A DNA stretch of 64,000 nt from Antedon mediterranea (GCF_964355755.1 NC_092670.1:10034201-10098200), one strand, 5' to 3'; positions 1-14,163 are shown, counted from the stretch's first letter. Numbers and translations are program-made. Notes: generated by a model not told the origin, from the letters alone.

Positions 1-1097
1 TTACCTTTTACTGTTTCTTCATTCTTGTTTTGTTTGTGTATTTAATATTTAAAATTATAGACGTTTATTGTGTTACTGTTTAATATTTTTTAGTGACCCC
101 TAGTCGCTTATTTTCTATCTTATTTTTGTACATTTATGCATTTCATTGTCGTCTGGGGAATTGTCTTCTTTTGTAAAGCTTCAAAAGCATCTTAGTAACA
201 GTTCTGACTGGAGAACAACGACTTAAAATATTCTTGCAGTCTTCTGTTGTTCAATTTTTGTAATATTTTGATTTGTGGTGAAAAGAATGTTTACGGTAAT
301 CTTAACAATGTCTGTTTTCTGGTGGTGTAATTAGAAAGAAGTAAATAATGATTGAAAATAAATTACATAAAATAAATAATTAAATATCCAAATAAATAAC
401 ATTAAATGTTAACATCAAAAGGGTGGCTCAAGTTTATGCTTTGCAGGAGCGACGGGCATAAGGTAGAAACATGAGCAAACTGTACTTACCACCCGTTAGA
501 TAATCATTTTTGAAATGGTGCATGTGAGGGCACATGCTGCTGACCACCTGCTGTCTTGACCTCTAAGTGACCTGATTGTGACGTAGGAAAATTGTTTGAG
601 AATCAGTAAACGCAGCATTCGGTATTTGCAAAGAAATTGGTCTAAAAACACATTTTTTAAAGAAATAAAAGGTGCCCCAGCTCGAACAGCGCTATTATCG
701 GACTTGCAGTTGAGGAGGAGATACCGGAACAAACTTTGGCTTAGTGCTATTATAATATGATGATCAACTAACAAAACATCTTAAACAGCCCTTTTGCTCG
801 AGATTACATATCCAACCTTTCTAGAACTTGGAACCATCCCTCACCCTCAATTTCACTTAAAATCTAAAACCCACTCCAAAAATCATTTCATTGCCCCTGT
901 ATTGAACTAATAGTATATTTTTGAATATCTTTTTTAAAAAAGTGACAATAATCAAATCTGATGTAATAATAAAACAATTAAAGCGTTACATTTGACTGTT
1001 ATAAGACAAATTTTAATGTACCCTACCTAGTGAGTTTACTGGTAAAATTATTAAATAAAGAAGTTAAATTTAATTTTGTTCTTCATTGTTCTTTTAG

Positions 1098-1149
1098 GCT
1101 TGAAGCTGTTCATTGTGGGTGTCTTCCATTGTGTCCTAACCAGCTGGTC
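1098..1149 (+). pseudogene. GTDC1: Truncated remnant of a late GTDC1/QTMAN coding exon (LEAVHCGCLPLCPNQLV)
   Basis: Acceptor ttttag|G CTT GAA GCT GTT CAT TGT GGG TGT CTT CCA TTG TGT CCT. Resembles the GTDC1 motif MLEAVYCGCYPLCP as I recall it. The leading G completes the split codon AT| that ends the exon at 32137. Similarity is lost after LV. Confidence 0.75.
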
Positions 1150-1515
1150 AAATCTTATGAGTTCAGAGTTCTCAACTTGCTATAGGCCTAATTGATTTCA
1201 GTAGTTTGGATAAAAAAATTCTGTAGTAATTACACAATTTCAATAGTTGTCTACATGTTTCAGAGCATGTACAAAATGAGATTCAGAAAGACTATCACAC
1301 TGTGATTGTGTTTTGATTGTGTCTTCCATTGTGTCCTAACCAGCTGGTCAAATCTTATGAGTTCAGAGTTCTCAACTTGCTATAGGCCTAATTGATTTCA
1401 GTAGTTTGGATACAAAAATTCTGTAGTAATTACACAATTTCAATAGTTGTCTACATGTTTCAGAGCATGTACAAAATGAGATTCAGAAAGAATATCACAC
1501 TGTGATTGTGTTTTG
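1119..1515. repeat. Local tandem duplication, 200-bp unit x2
   Basis: gtcttccattgtgtcctaaccagctggtc... at 1121 and 1321; near-identical units. Confidence 0.9.
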
Positions 1516-3419
1516 ACAAATTGTAATCTAGAAATGGAAATGGAAATCCAGAACAAGGGCTTTTCGTGGATCGATTGTGGGTCGATGATTTGTCCATCAT
1601 AAATTTGTGTTTTATTAGGGGTTCTCATAATTGTAAGCCAAATCATAAATTAATATCTCCATTTCCATATATTAGATGGCAGCACTTAAATAAGTAATTC
1701 AATATTCAAATATTAAAGATGTACTGTATTGTCCCTTTGATTAATTCAAAAAAACTTTTGAAGTATCATAATAGTTATAAACTTTCACCCAAAATTTTAC
1801 TAAATTTAACTAAAATACAGACGTTTTTTTGTTAAAAAAGTAACTTTGACTTCCAGTCAAAGTTTTCGATCAAAACATATCTCATAATGCAACACGCTTT
1901 TTTGGCTACTCTGTATGCATAATCATAAAACTTCCTCGCGATCTGTGCGAAACACATTCTCAACCGTGACGAGTTGTAAACAATCCTAATTAGCAGCATA
2001 CTCGTGGTTTAAAATCTTTGTTTATTTTCTTGCTATAATTTTCCAGATGAAATGTAATCAAATTAATTTACCTGTTAATTACGTAAACTTGTTGTTTTTG
2101 GCTCAAATTTTTGACCTAAAGTGAATAACTTTAAGGTTTGAGACGTTTCTAGTATAAATTATATTTAGACATACATCACTTCCAACCCATAACACCTCAG
2201 TGACAGTTTTTTAAAAATATAGTTTAAAACATTTCCAGTAGAGTTTCAGCCATGTTGATAGGCCTATGACTCACCCCAAACTTAACATTCAATTCAAATT
2301 GAGAGCCTACTACCATTAGCCCAAGCAAAATCCCCACTATTCCCTTTACCGCAACTCCCCCCTACCCTCCTGACTTTGTGAATTTGTTTAATGTAGTTTA
2401 AAACCTTCACAGTACAATTGCAGTCATTTTGATACCCATATGTATGGTTACGTGCAGAAACAGAAATTTGTATAACGAACAGAAAAACACAAAAAGTGGA
2501 AAAAAGGTTGGGAATTTTGACCCATAACTTGTATTCCAGATGGCGGATGATGCTCAAATACAGTTTACAACCTTCCGGTACCAATACGGTCATTTTGATA
2601 CCCCATATGTGTGCAGTAACAAAAATGTGTATAACTAACATACAAACATCAAAGTATCAAGCAGATTAATAAGTTAAATTCATACAAAAAAAATTGATCA
2701 AAGTTTTGTTTTTTTCTGAAAGTGATTTTTGACGCTAATACATTCAAAGTTGAATTTTGTAGTTGTTTATTTGCTCTTTAAAGTTTAATACTTTCACTTT
2801 ACCTTGGAAAATACATTAGCATTCATCTTGTGTTTCTTTATGTCACTAATTTCCTTGATCTAAACCAATTGAATATAATTATATATATATATAATATACA
2901 TTCATTGTAAGTTTTTATTTAATTTTTAATCATTTCAAAACTAGATTCAATTTAAAAACTTCAGCAAATATCCATTGAAAATACTCCTAAATTAGATTAA
3001 AAATTACTAATTATTATTAATTAAAATATAGGAAATACTGATTTATGATTAGATATCAATTTGATTTTATTAATTAAAAACAATAATAATAATGTTACTA
3101 TTGTATTAGCATAGTTTTAAATAATACAATTAATATTGTTTTTACAGAATGACTTATGATTATTTGGTATAATATTTAAAAATGATTAATAATAAAACAT
3201 TAATTGTTACTAATATTATATAATTTAAAATACAAAATGAAAAATTCCGTTTAATAAATTTTAAACAAATAACAGTTGATATGGCAATATATTTGATTAA
3301 TATGTTATAACATTTGGATTATTATAATAAAATAATTATTCAATGATAAAGCAAAATGATAATTTAAAAGAAACAAAGAAGAATCTAAATTATTAAATAA
3401 TTACAGATTCTGATTTGTT

Positions 3420-3668
3420 ATGGTGGTCTTATAACCATCATCACTGTTGTCTTAAAAGATCAAAATAGCGATCCAAGTTGATGCCATTGAGCTGTACCTG
3501 GTGTAAGATAAAGCCCATTCAGGTCTGAATCATGAACATTCTCTTATGGGGCTCTTTTAACCATCATCACTGTTGTCTTAAAAGATCAAAATAGCGATCC
3601 CAGTTGATGCCATAGAGCTGTACCTGGTGTAAGATAAAGCCCATTCAGGTCTGAATCATGAACATTCT
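3420..3668 (-). repeat. Two decayed tandem copies of the 3' end of the FReD last exon
   Basis: taaccatcatcactgttgtcttaaaag...gtacctggtgtaagataaagcccattcagg repeated twice next to the real exon end; the same pair is at 53291-53545. Confidence 0.85.
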
Positions 3669-3669
3669 T

Positions 3670-6600
3670 TTATGGGGCTCTTTTAACCATCATCACTGTC
3701 TTCTTGAGACTGTAGTACCTACTATGGAAATTCCACCAGCTGGTGCCTGTCAAACCCTCTGTACCTGGTGTAAGGTAAAGCCCATTCAGGTTTGAATGAT
3801 GACAACTATTGTACCACCAAACACCTTTGTTATACTCAGCACAGTTAGTACCGATCCCGCTACCGCTTCTCTTATCATTGTCTCTATCAGACGTTGAAAA
3901 TTGTTGACCATTGTGGCGTGATGTCAAAGGATCACCTAAACAAACAAAATTTTAAATCATCTTTAGTTTACTTCATACATCTTTAAATTAAAATTCATTT
4001 TTAAATATTTGTTTTTCTTTCTATTACAAATAAAATAAAAGATATTTGATATAAAAGGGAAAATAAAACACAAATTTATAAACTATTCTTATATATCATA
4101 TATTCTTTATTTTATTTTTTTTTTTTGTCAGAGTTATTATACTTTAAAAGCAATGCATTTTAATATTGAAGAAAGCCAAAGTTATATGATAAGTAAAAAG
4201 TGCGATTAATAAAGTACTACTCCTCCCTTATTCGTTGTAGTATTGAGCTGGGATGAATATACAAAGCCATAGAGCCGGATTTTGAATATCATTGGCTCCT
4301 TGTTTAGGGACCACTGACTAATCCTATTGAATTAGAACAGGTAATGAATGCGTTCAACGTTGCAACATTTAGTAAGGAATTTAATCGTTATTTTTATCCA
4401 TATGTTTTTTTTAAATAACAAAAAATATAATATAATGTACCACACAGTGATATATTTTCGACTAGTTAGCCGTTATTCAAGAGATAATAGTGAGTTTTGA
4501 CAAAAAGTCTTGCCGCGTTGATCGGTGGGCTAGGCAAGGCCGAGCTAATCGTAGTCGCTACTTTATTGTTGATTTTCTCAAAATGAAGATTTCCTGAGCT
4601 ATAAATAGTGACTCGTATGTTTTCATTAATGTGTTATTTTTTGTTTGTTTACTATTTATACAAATTTATATATTATTTTTATCAATTATTGCAAAATCTT
4701 ACTTTTCAGCCTTTTGGCTGCCGTTGTATTATTGATTTCTTTTTTATGAATAAATATACATGAAGTGATTTAATAAACCAATTTTAATAAACAACGCCTC
4801 ATTTTAAAGCATACACATACACATACTGTTGCATTGACTGCCTCATAAATGCCTACTACATTAATCATACATATACGGTTGCATTGACTGCCTCATAAAT
4901 GTCTACTACATTAATCATACATATACTGTTGCATTGACTGCCTCATAAATGCCTACTACATTAATCATACACATACTGTTGCATTGACTGCCTCATAAAT
5001 GCCTTCTACATTAATCATACACATACTGTTGCATTGACTGCCTCATAAATGCCTATTACATTAATCATACATATACTGTTGCATTGACTGCCTCATAAAT
5101 GCCTATTACATGAATCATACACATACTGTTGCATTGACTGCCTCATAAAGGTCTACTACATTAATCATACACATACTGTTGCATTGACTGCCTCATAAAT
5201 GCCTATTACATTAATCATACACATACTGTTGCATTGACTGCCTCATAAATGCCTACTACATTAATCATACACATACTGTTGCATTGACTGCCTCATAAAT
5301 GTCTACTACATTAATCATACATATACTGTTGCATTGACTGCCTCATAAATGTCTACTACATTTAATCATACACATACTGTTGCATTAACTGCCTCATAAA
5401 TGCCTACTACATTAATCAAACACATACTGTTGCATTGACTGCCTCATAAATGCCTACTACATTAATCATACACATACTGTTGCATTGACTGCCTCATAAA
5501 TGCCTACTACATTAATCATACACATACTGTTGCATTGACTGCCTCATAAATGCCTACTACATTAATCATACACATACTGTTGCATTGACTGCCTCATAAA
5601 TGCCTACTACATTAATCATACACATACTGTTGCATTGACTGCCTCATAAATGCCTACTACATTAATCATACACATACTGTTTTATTGACTGCCTCATAAA
5701 TGCCTACTACATTAATCATACACATACTGTTGCATTAACTGCCTCATAAATGCCTACTACATTAATCAAACACATACTGTTGCATTGACTGCCTCATAAA
5801 TGCCTACTACATTAATCATACACATACTGTTGCATTGACTGCCTCATAAATGCCTACTACATTAATCATACACATACTGTTGCATTGACTGCCTCATAAA
5901 TGTCTACTACATTAATCATACATATACTGTTGCATTGACTGCCTCATAAATGTCTACTACATCATACACATACTGTTGCATTAACTGCCTCATAAATGCC
6001 TACTACATTAATCAAACACATACTGTTGCATTGACTGCCTCATAAATGCCTACTACATTAATCATACACATACTGTTGCATTGACTGCCTCATAAATGCC
6101 TACTACATTAATCATACACATACTGTTGCATTGACTGCCTCATAAATGCCTACTACATTAATCATACACATACTGTTGCATTGACTGCCTCATAAATGCC
6201 TACTACATTAATCATACACATACTGTTGCATTGACTGCCTCATAAATGCCTACTACATTAATCATACACATACTGTTGCATTAACTGCCTCATAAATGCC
6301 TACTACATTAATCATACACATACTGTTGCATTAACTGCCTCATAAATGCCTACTACATTAATCATACACATACTGTTGCATTGACTGCCTCATAAATGCC
6401 TACTACATTAATCATACACATACTGTTGCATTGACTGCCTCATAAATGCCTACTACATTAATCATACACATACTGTTGCATTAACTGCCTCATAAATGCC
6501 TACTACATTAATCAAACACATACTGTTGCATTGACTGCCTCATAAATGCCTACTACATTAATCATACACATACTGTTGCATTGACTGCCTCATAAATGCC

Positions 6601-8891
6601 TACTACATTAATCATACACATACTGTTGCATTGACTGCCTCATAAATGCCTACTACATTAATCATACACATACTGTTGCATTAACTGCCTCATAAATGCC
6701 TACTACATTAATCATACACATACTGTTGCATTAACTGCCTCATAAATGCCTACTACATTAATCATACACATACTGTTGCATTGACTGCCTCATAAATGCC
6801 TACTACATTAATCATACACATACTGTTGCATTGACTGCCTCATAAATGCCTACTACATTAATCATACACATACTGTTGCATTAACTGCCTCATAAATGCC
6901 TACTACATTAATCAAACACATACTGTTGCATTGACTGCCTCATAAATGCCTACTACATTAATCATACACATACTGTTGCATTGACTGCCTCATAAATGCC
7001 TACTACATTAATCATACACATACTGTTGCATTGACTGCCTCATAAATGTCTACTACATTAATCATACATATACTGTTGCATTGACTGCCTCATAAATGTC
7101 TACTACATCATACACATACTGTTGCATTAACTGCCTCATAAATGCCTACTACATTAATCAAACACATACTGTTGCATTGACTGCCTCATAAATGCCTACT
7201 ACATTAATCATACACATACTGTTGCATTGACTGCCTCATAAATGCCTACTACATTAATCATACACATACTGTTGCATTGACTGCCTCATAAATGCCTACT
7301 ACATTAATCATACACATACTGTTGCATTGACTGCCTCATAAATGCCTACTACATTAATCATACACATACTGTTGCATTGACTGCCTCATAAATGCCTACT
7401 ACATTAATCATACACATACTGTTGCATTAACTGCCTCATAAATGCCTACTACATTAATCATACACATACTGTTGCATTAACTGCCTCATAAATGCCTACT
7501 ACATTAATCATACACATACTGTTGCATTGACTGCCTCATAAATGCCTACTACATTAATCATACACATACTGTTGCATTGACTGCCTCATAAATGCCTACT
7601 ACATTAATCATACACATACTGTTGCATTAACTGCCTCATAAATGCCTACTACATTAATCAAACACATACTGTTGCATTGACTGCCTCATAAATGCCTACT
7701 ACATTAATCATACACATACTGTTGCATTGACTGCCTCATAAATGCCTACTACATTAATCATACACATACTGTTGCATTGACTGCCTCATAAATGCCTACT
7801 ACATTAATCATACACATACTGTTGCATTAACTGCCTCATAAATGCCTACTACATTAATCATACACATACTGTTGCATTAACTGCCTCATAAATGCCTACT
7901 ACATTAATCATACACATACTGTTGCATTGACTGCCTCATAAATGCCTACTACATTAATCATACACATACTGTTGCATTGACTGCCTCATAAATGCCTACT
8001 ACATTAATCATACACATACTGTTGCATTAACTGCCTCATAAATGCCTATTACATTAATCATACACATACTGTTGCATTGACTGCCTCATAATGCCTACTA
8101 CATTAAAACAAACTAAAGTCAGTAAATGTAGTAACTGCAGTAAATGCAGTTTAATAATTTTAACATGATCTATTGATAAGATAAGTTGTTGTACTGTGAG
8201 TGCATTTGCACATTTAAGGGCCATACCAAAAATGTACTTCATAGACAGTTTACAGAGTACTTTGCATTCAAGGTGATCACCTTTGGGCCTTACATTATAT
8301 TTGAGACGCGACATCAATTGATAATCAAAAAGTATCAAATGATTATTATTTGTTGTTTAAACTTTTAAATATTGTGGTCTAATTATGACATAACTAGTGA
8401 AATTATGGGGCTATTTCACAAAGGCATAGAATTATTTTTTCATGAGGTTCACGTCAATATCATTATTAGAATTGTTTTGTTCTACTTTTCAGATGTTTAG
8501 AAGCTTTTCTTTTAATGTTTGTCTAATTTCTTTAAGCTAAATTTGATGGAAAGACAGCCTCAAATTATGCTAGAACGCTGCTGTGTCTTGTGACTTTAGC
8601 TCTGACTTTAGACCCTGACGCCACCGCTGCTTAGGTACAGTACATGTCTCACGTTCTTTCCCAGCAGTCAATTTCCTTATCATTTAGCTGTGTTTAATCA
8701 TTCATAATTCTAACATTATTTTTATTATCCTTTAAATGTGATAAATGCAAATCAAACCCTATATGTGTCCATAGATTATTTTTACTGCAAAGTACTAAGT
8801 GTGTATAAGGCCTTAAAAAAGGTTAATTCTTTGTATACTTAATGTGTTTTTAAATGTAAATATAAATTGAATATACTAACCTGCAGTTCCA
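3670..8891 (-). pseudogene. 5'-truncated fibrinogen-related (FReD) gene: intact last exon 3935-3670 plus ~10 bp of the preceding exon at 8881-8891
   Basis: HNGQQFSTSDRDND..CA..GVWWYNSCHHSNLNG is the fibrinogen C-terminal motif. atatactaac|ctgcagttcc matches the donor region at 38471-38490, then homology stops; no further exons seen. Confidence 0.8.
4816..8106. repeat. 50-bp tandem satellite, about 66 copies, in the FReD pseudogene intron
   Basis: Unit ttaatcatacacatactgttgcattgactgcctcataaatgcctactaca, head-to-tail, no spacers. Confidence 0.98.
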
Positions 8892-10273
8892 TTGGCAGGC
8901 TGAAGGCGCTTGACCTTTGACAAGATCGCCTAAATTTTTAATATATTAACTTTACAATACTTAGTGTTGTATATTCTGGTACAGCCGCTCCATAATCTCT
9001 TTGCTTTTCTTCCTTATATCTATATTTTTAAATTTATACTAACAAATATCTTTTTATTAATATAATAATAATAATAATAATATATCAAAAATTTATTAAA
9101 TAATATTTATCGCATAATATGCAATCTACGATAATTTAATTAATTGATATAACACATTTATTAAATACATAACATCATTTGAATAAAAAGAACAAATCAC
9201 ATATCTACACATAATCATAACATCGTATACTCTATCTCTAACAATTTATTCAATCTTCTATCGACTAAAGCCGAAGTATAGTCGTTATCTCGGGACCGTT
9301 CTATGGCCACCACCAGGTAGGCTTACTTCATTAAGGCTTCTATGAATGGATGTACTGGTTGGGAGCAGGAACGCTAGTAGACCAAACCCAGTACCGTTTT
9401 GATTACGATCAATCGGGAAATTACCTCACGAGGGTTTTCTACCTCGAGCAGTTATTGGCTATATGGCAGTATTCAAGTAATTAAAGTGTTAAATAGCATT
9501 TAATCCAATTTACATTTAGGTAAACTTAGGGTTCAAAGTATCATACAATAAGAAGATCATTACGAATGTTACGAGGTATTTTAAAAATTTATATTATATA
9601 AAATTAAAAAAAATTTAATTTCAAATATTATCATTATTATTACTTACTGGTTTTAGTAGAGTTCTTTCAAGTTCTGTCTGAATGTTTGTCTTTTCTTTTT
9701 TTAATTTAAATGTACAATTACTGTATACAATGAAGTATAATGATCCCTATTGTTATTTAGGATGTGGATAAAGATAATTATGTTATTATCTAAGTGCTAT
9801 TAATTTTATGATGCCGTTCATTTGTGTTGATTATTATATTACTAAAAATAATACTCTAATTGAGCTCGGGTGAGGTCTCTATTCATATCATTACATCTGC
9901 AGCTTTATCAGTATTATGAAAACCATTTTTGCCGGCATCCAGTTCTCTTACTAAATGTGGTACTTGGGCCGGTATTATTTCTTGCTCTCATTAATGCCGG
10001 CCCGATTGAAGATTCAAATAATATGCCGACCCACTCTTGGTGAAGTTGTTCCCAGAAACTCTTTACCTATTACGTAGTCCCTTCTGGAAAATTTGAATAA
10101 ATGGTGTTTGCTTATTTAAAAATGGCAAAAGATATACCAAATCCTTTAAAAATTTCCTTCCTTTACTATATGCATTCCCAACTTTATGATTATTTGACAG
10201 CTAAGTTAAATATTCTGAATTAATATCATCAATATGAGTTTCAAAGGTCACTCAACTGCTCATGCTGTCTTCT

Positions 10274-11565
10274 TCTATATATAAATTTACGTAAGGGCAA
10301 AATTCGGTAAATCGCGCGTTATTTCTAGAATGTTTACTCGATGGTATATAAAGTTGGTTCGTACTTTCGGTACTGATTTTAACCACCTGATATGACCCTG
10401 TTTACTAATTAAATTATGTTAGATAATTAGTTATTGACGATTAAAACGAATTTAGGTTCAACGATTTGCCCCAAATAGGGGTGTTTTCCGATCGTGGTAT
10501 ACACTGTCTAATGGATGTCCATCTTGAAAAATACCCGCCACAAAAATGCGAGGAGGCTTCGCATTTTCCTATCTCCTCCTATGATAATTGTTTTTAATAG
10601 CTGAAAACCGGTTGAACAGCTAGAGTACAGCATCATAATGTTGAAGACAGGCCGATTTTCTTTAAAAAATACTATTTTGATTGATTTAATATATGATTAT
10701 ACAAATGTATTGATTTGCGATGAATGGAACATCCCAATCTCTCAGTCTGCCAGAGTTTGGTTTAACACAAGTAGGTAAATTTATGAGCCCTTGGTTTAAC
10801 ACATACGGTAGGTAAATATATTGGCCCTTTGAGAATAAACTTGCAATTTTTGACAATACTGTAAATATCTATTAACTATTTTTGGTCCTCATTTGAATCG
10901 AGCATTTCTTACTGTGAATGTTCGTACTGTTAGATGTAATATAAAAATATATACAAATAAACTTTATTACTGAGATTGTGGATAGGCTCTACTGTTAGAT
11001 ATACAAATAAACTTTATACTGACAGTTCCTTCTCAACGTTTGTATTAATTATTAATTACCAATAATATAAACGTCGTAGTGATGTGTGACATGTACTTTA
11101 ATATTTCAATCGATTATGACAGTGACAGTTTTAACAAAGTGTTAAATCGCAAATGTTTTACTGTATTTAGAGGTATATTATTGTTACTGAGTTGATAACG
11201 AATATAATAAAATAAATAAAATAAAATAAAAATAAATTTAAAATTTGTTCCTCTTGGTACCTATCCGCTTTCCCATCCCTCAACCCTATTACATACAAAA
11301 CACAAATTCCAAAAATTTGGACTCATTTTGTTGTAAGTTTCTCCTTCTGAAGTAATTCCCAGGGTACTAATTTTAGTTGACTACATAAATCATCGTGTCT
11401 ATTTATTCGTTTCTGTAAACGACAATGTATTATAGTCCTGCGGTACGTACATTTGAAATCGGCAGTTTTGTTACGCTGAAATCCCGGCTGAAATTACTGT
11501 GTATTCGAGAACCATCTGTGGGCACGACCTAGATGGTACGCGAGCGAAGCGAGCGTACCATCTAG
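10274..11565 (+). mobile_element. Non-autonomous Helitron, copy A
   Basis: 5' TCtatatataaatttacgtaagggc; 3' hairpin ctagatggtacgc..gcgtaccatCTAG followed by T; related copies at 37349 and 51251. Confidence 0.85.
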
Positions 11566-12948
11566 TAATAATAATACTTCTATTGAACATAGAGCAATAT
11601 TAGCGTGAAAGATCATCTATATTGGTGTATAAATCAAATAATTATTTGATAGAGAAATTTGTTTGATGTAATTAACCATTCTATTTTAAATAAGAAAATG
11701 CGAAAATTATGGTATTAAAGGCACTCCTTTAAGCATTTGCTTCTTGAGTTAGTTGGATGGCAGAAACAATTTTTCTCTATCCAATCATTTAAATAATCGA
11801 CCGAGGATATCACTTGTGGGTGTCTCCTCCCCCCAATTTTATTTTTACGTTAATGACCTGACTAATGTCAGTGAGAAGTGATATCCTTCGCCCACGATAC
11901 TACTATTTTATTTATCTTCTAATGTTGACATTTTATTTAATACTTTTAATTATGAATTGTCTAAATTTAATGACTGGTTTCTTTAAATTCTAAATTCTTT
12001 TAAAGCTCAGGTACAGGCATGAATTTGAAATATAATATCGGGTTAATTGTACATAAATCAAATATTTGTAACAGAAATCTAGATGAAAAAAACAAAGACA
12101 TGACAATTCGGTGCTTATTGATTTTGTATTGTGTTTCTTTTCGGTGTAAAATCGGGTTTTTCTTTGCTTATTCAAATTTTGATGATTATGCTAATAATAC
12201 AATTATAGTTTTGCATAATATAAATCTAAAGTATAAACAGCTAATAATTATACTGTATTTATTTTTGCCTTAATTGTTGTTTTTGCTTTGAAATTAAGTA
12301 GAAAATTAAGACAATTTGATGCTTATGGTATTTTTTTTGTCGATTAAAAATATTATTTGCTAATTATAATTTTGCTGATTATGCTAATTATAATTTTGCT
12401 GATTATGCTAATTATAATTGTGCATAATTAAAAATCTAAATAAATAAGAGTGAGTTAATGGTTTTTACCAATATCATTATCTGTGCATATTTTATGTTCG
12501 CATGGTAATCGAATTTTGCTTGGAATGAGATATTAAAAATCTACCGGAAGAAAATGTTGTAATTTTATGATTTTGAATATAAACAGGTTGTTAAATGTAT
12601 GTTTTCCATGTGTCTTTATTATGAAATATTACAATATAATTATGTCTGGGCATTTTATATCGAAAAGGCATTATTTTTCGCGAATGTTAAATGTATGTTT
12701 TTCGTAGGTATTTTATATTATAAAATATGATTATTTTCGCGAATGATAAATGTGTTTGTTGCATTAATATTTTTTATTTTAACAAAGGTAATTGTTTTTT
12801 GTTTGTTTGTACTTTGTACACTTATTTTATAGTGTTACGGTACTGTAATATCTGTTTGTTCCAAATAATATTGAATTCCGGCATGATTACATTGGTTGTA
12901 TATGGTTTACCAATCTACATATAGTAACACCTTTGGGCCACAGCGAAG

Positions 12949-13156
12949 TGTCCCCTTAATAGGAGTGTCCTTTAAATAGGATTTGGCTAAAATGTTAAAA
13001 ATTTACCTTTCATATTTCACGAGAAATTGTCCCCTTAATAGGAGTGTCCTTTAAATAGGATTTGGCTAAAATGTTAAAAATTTACCTTTCATATTTCACG
13101 AGAAATTGTCCCCTTAATAGGAGTGCCCTTTAAATAGGATTTGGCTAAAATGTTAA
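12949..13156. repeat. 79-bp tandem repeat, about 2.6 copies
   Basis: tccccttaataggagtg at 12951, 13030 and 13109. Confidence 0.9.
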
Positions 13157-14013
13157 CATATTGCCATTTATTTATTGCACGAGAAAGTGTGTTATTAGGG
13201 GTGTTGAAATGGTGGGCGTTCTACTGTAGTATGGTTTCACGTTGAAAGATATAGAAAAAGTGCAGTCCCATATACCTTATCTCGCTTCTAAATGAATAAT
13301 ATCAATAATAATATTTAGAATATGTAAATATCCTTGTAATTTAGCTTTGGCTGCAATGACGATATTTGAAATAAATGAAATGAATGGAAAAAATGAAATG
13401 AATAATGATTTTAAAGCATAAGCCTGCAATATGCCTGTATATGTTACACAAATTAATCCTCTAGTCAATTATAAGGGAATAAATTTCAATTGTAATGAAC
13501 TCTGATTAAATGAACTTCTACATAAAATCAATGTTTTATTTTATGTCAGAGCTACGTGCCGAAAAATAAATTTGCGACTACATAAATTCTAGCAGATCGT
13601 GATTAGATTAGCTCTTTGAGGTAAACAAGTGGAGAAAAGTAACTTGTATTCTCATTCAATAAACCATTATTAAAGTCATGTACGACTATTACAAGACCAA
13701 CTACCAAGAGAAACATAATAACAATCGCCAAATTGTAAACCTGGTTTAATGAATGCCGAGCTGGATGAAGTGATTTTGTCTGTTTTGCGTAAACAAAGAA
13801 TTAAAGATGGTTTTAGTCGCGGATAATGTCTTTATTTTTACTTTGAATTTAAGCATCGAGCAAGGAAAGGCTTAAATAATAAATAGATGTTTTATTTAGA
13901 ACGTCTGCAAGATTGAAAAGTCGGCGAGTCCATTTTAGCCTTAAAGCAACACGTAGAGAAAAGAACAAATTAATGAATAAACCATGGATTATTACATACA
14001 AACCATCATGATT

Positions 14014-14163
14014 AAAGGTACACTATCAAACTCGTTTGACAAAAAAAGTGTGATGTGCCCAAATATGGCAGAGATATGCCCAAATATGGTAGTGATATGA
14101 CATCATCATGTCCATATATGGTCACATCATCACATTTTGTTGTCACATAAAGACAGAGCTTTA
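14014..14163. mobile_element. Small palindromic MITE-like element
   Basis: tgacaaaaaaagtgtgatgtgcccaaatatgg ... ccatatatggtcacatcatcacattttgttgtca imperfect inverted arms. Confidence 0.5.

Noticed and set aside
4816-8106. CRISPR-like array
   Set aside because: Units are contiguous with no unique spacers, there are no cas genes, and the context is eukaryotic
8054-8338. ORF overlapping the satellite end
   Set aside because: No recognisable motif; partly a translation of the repeat
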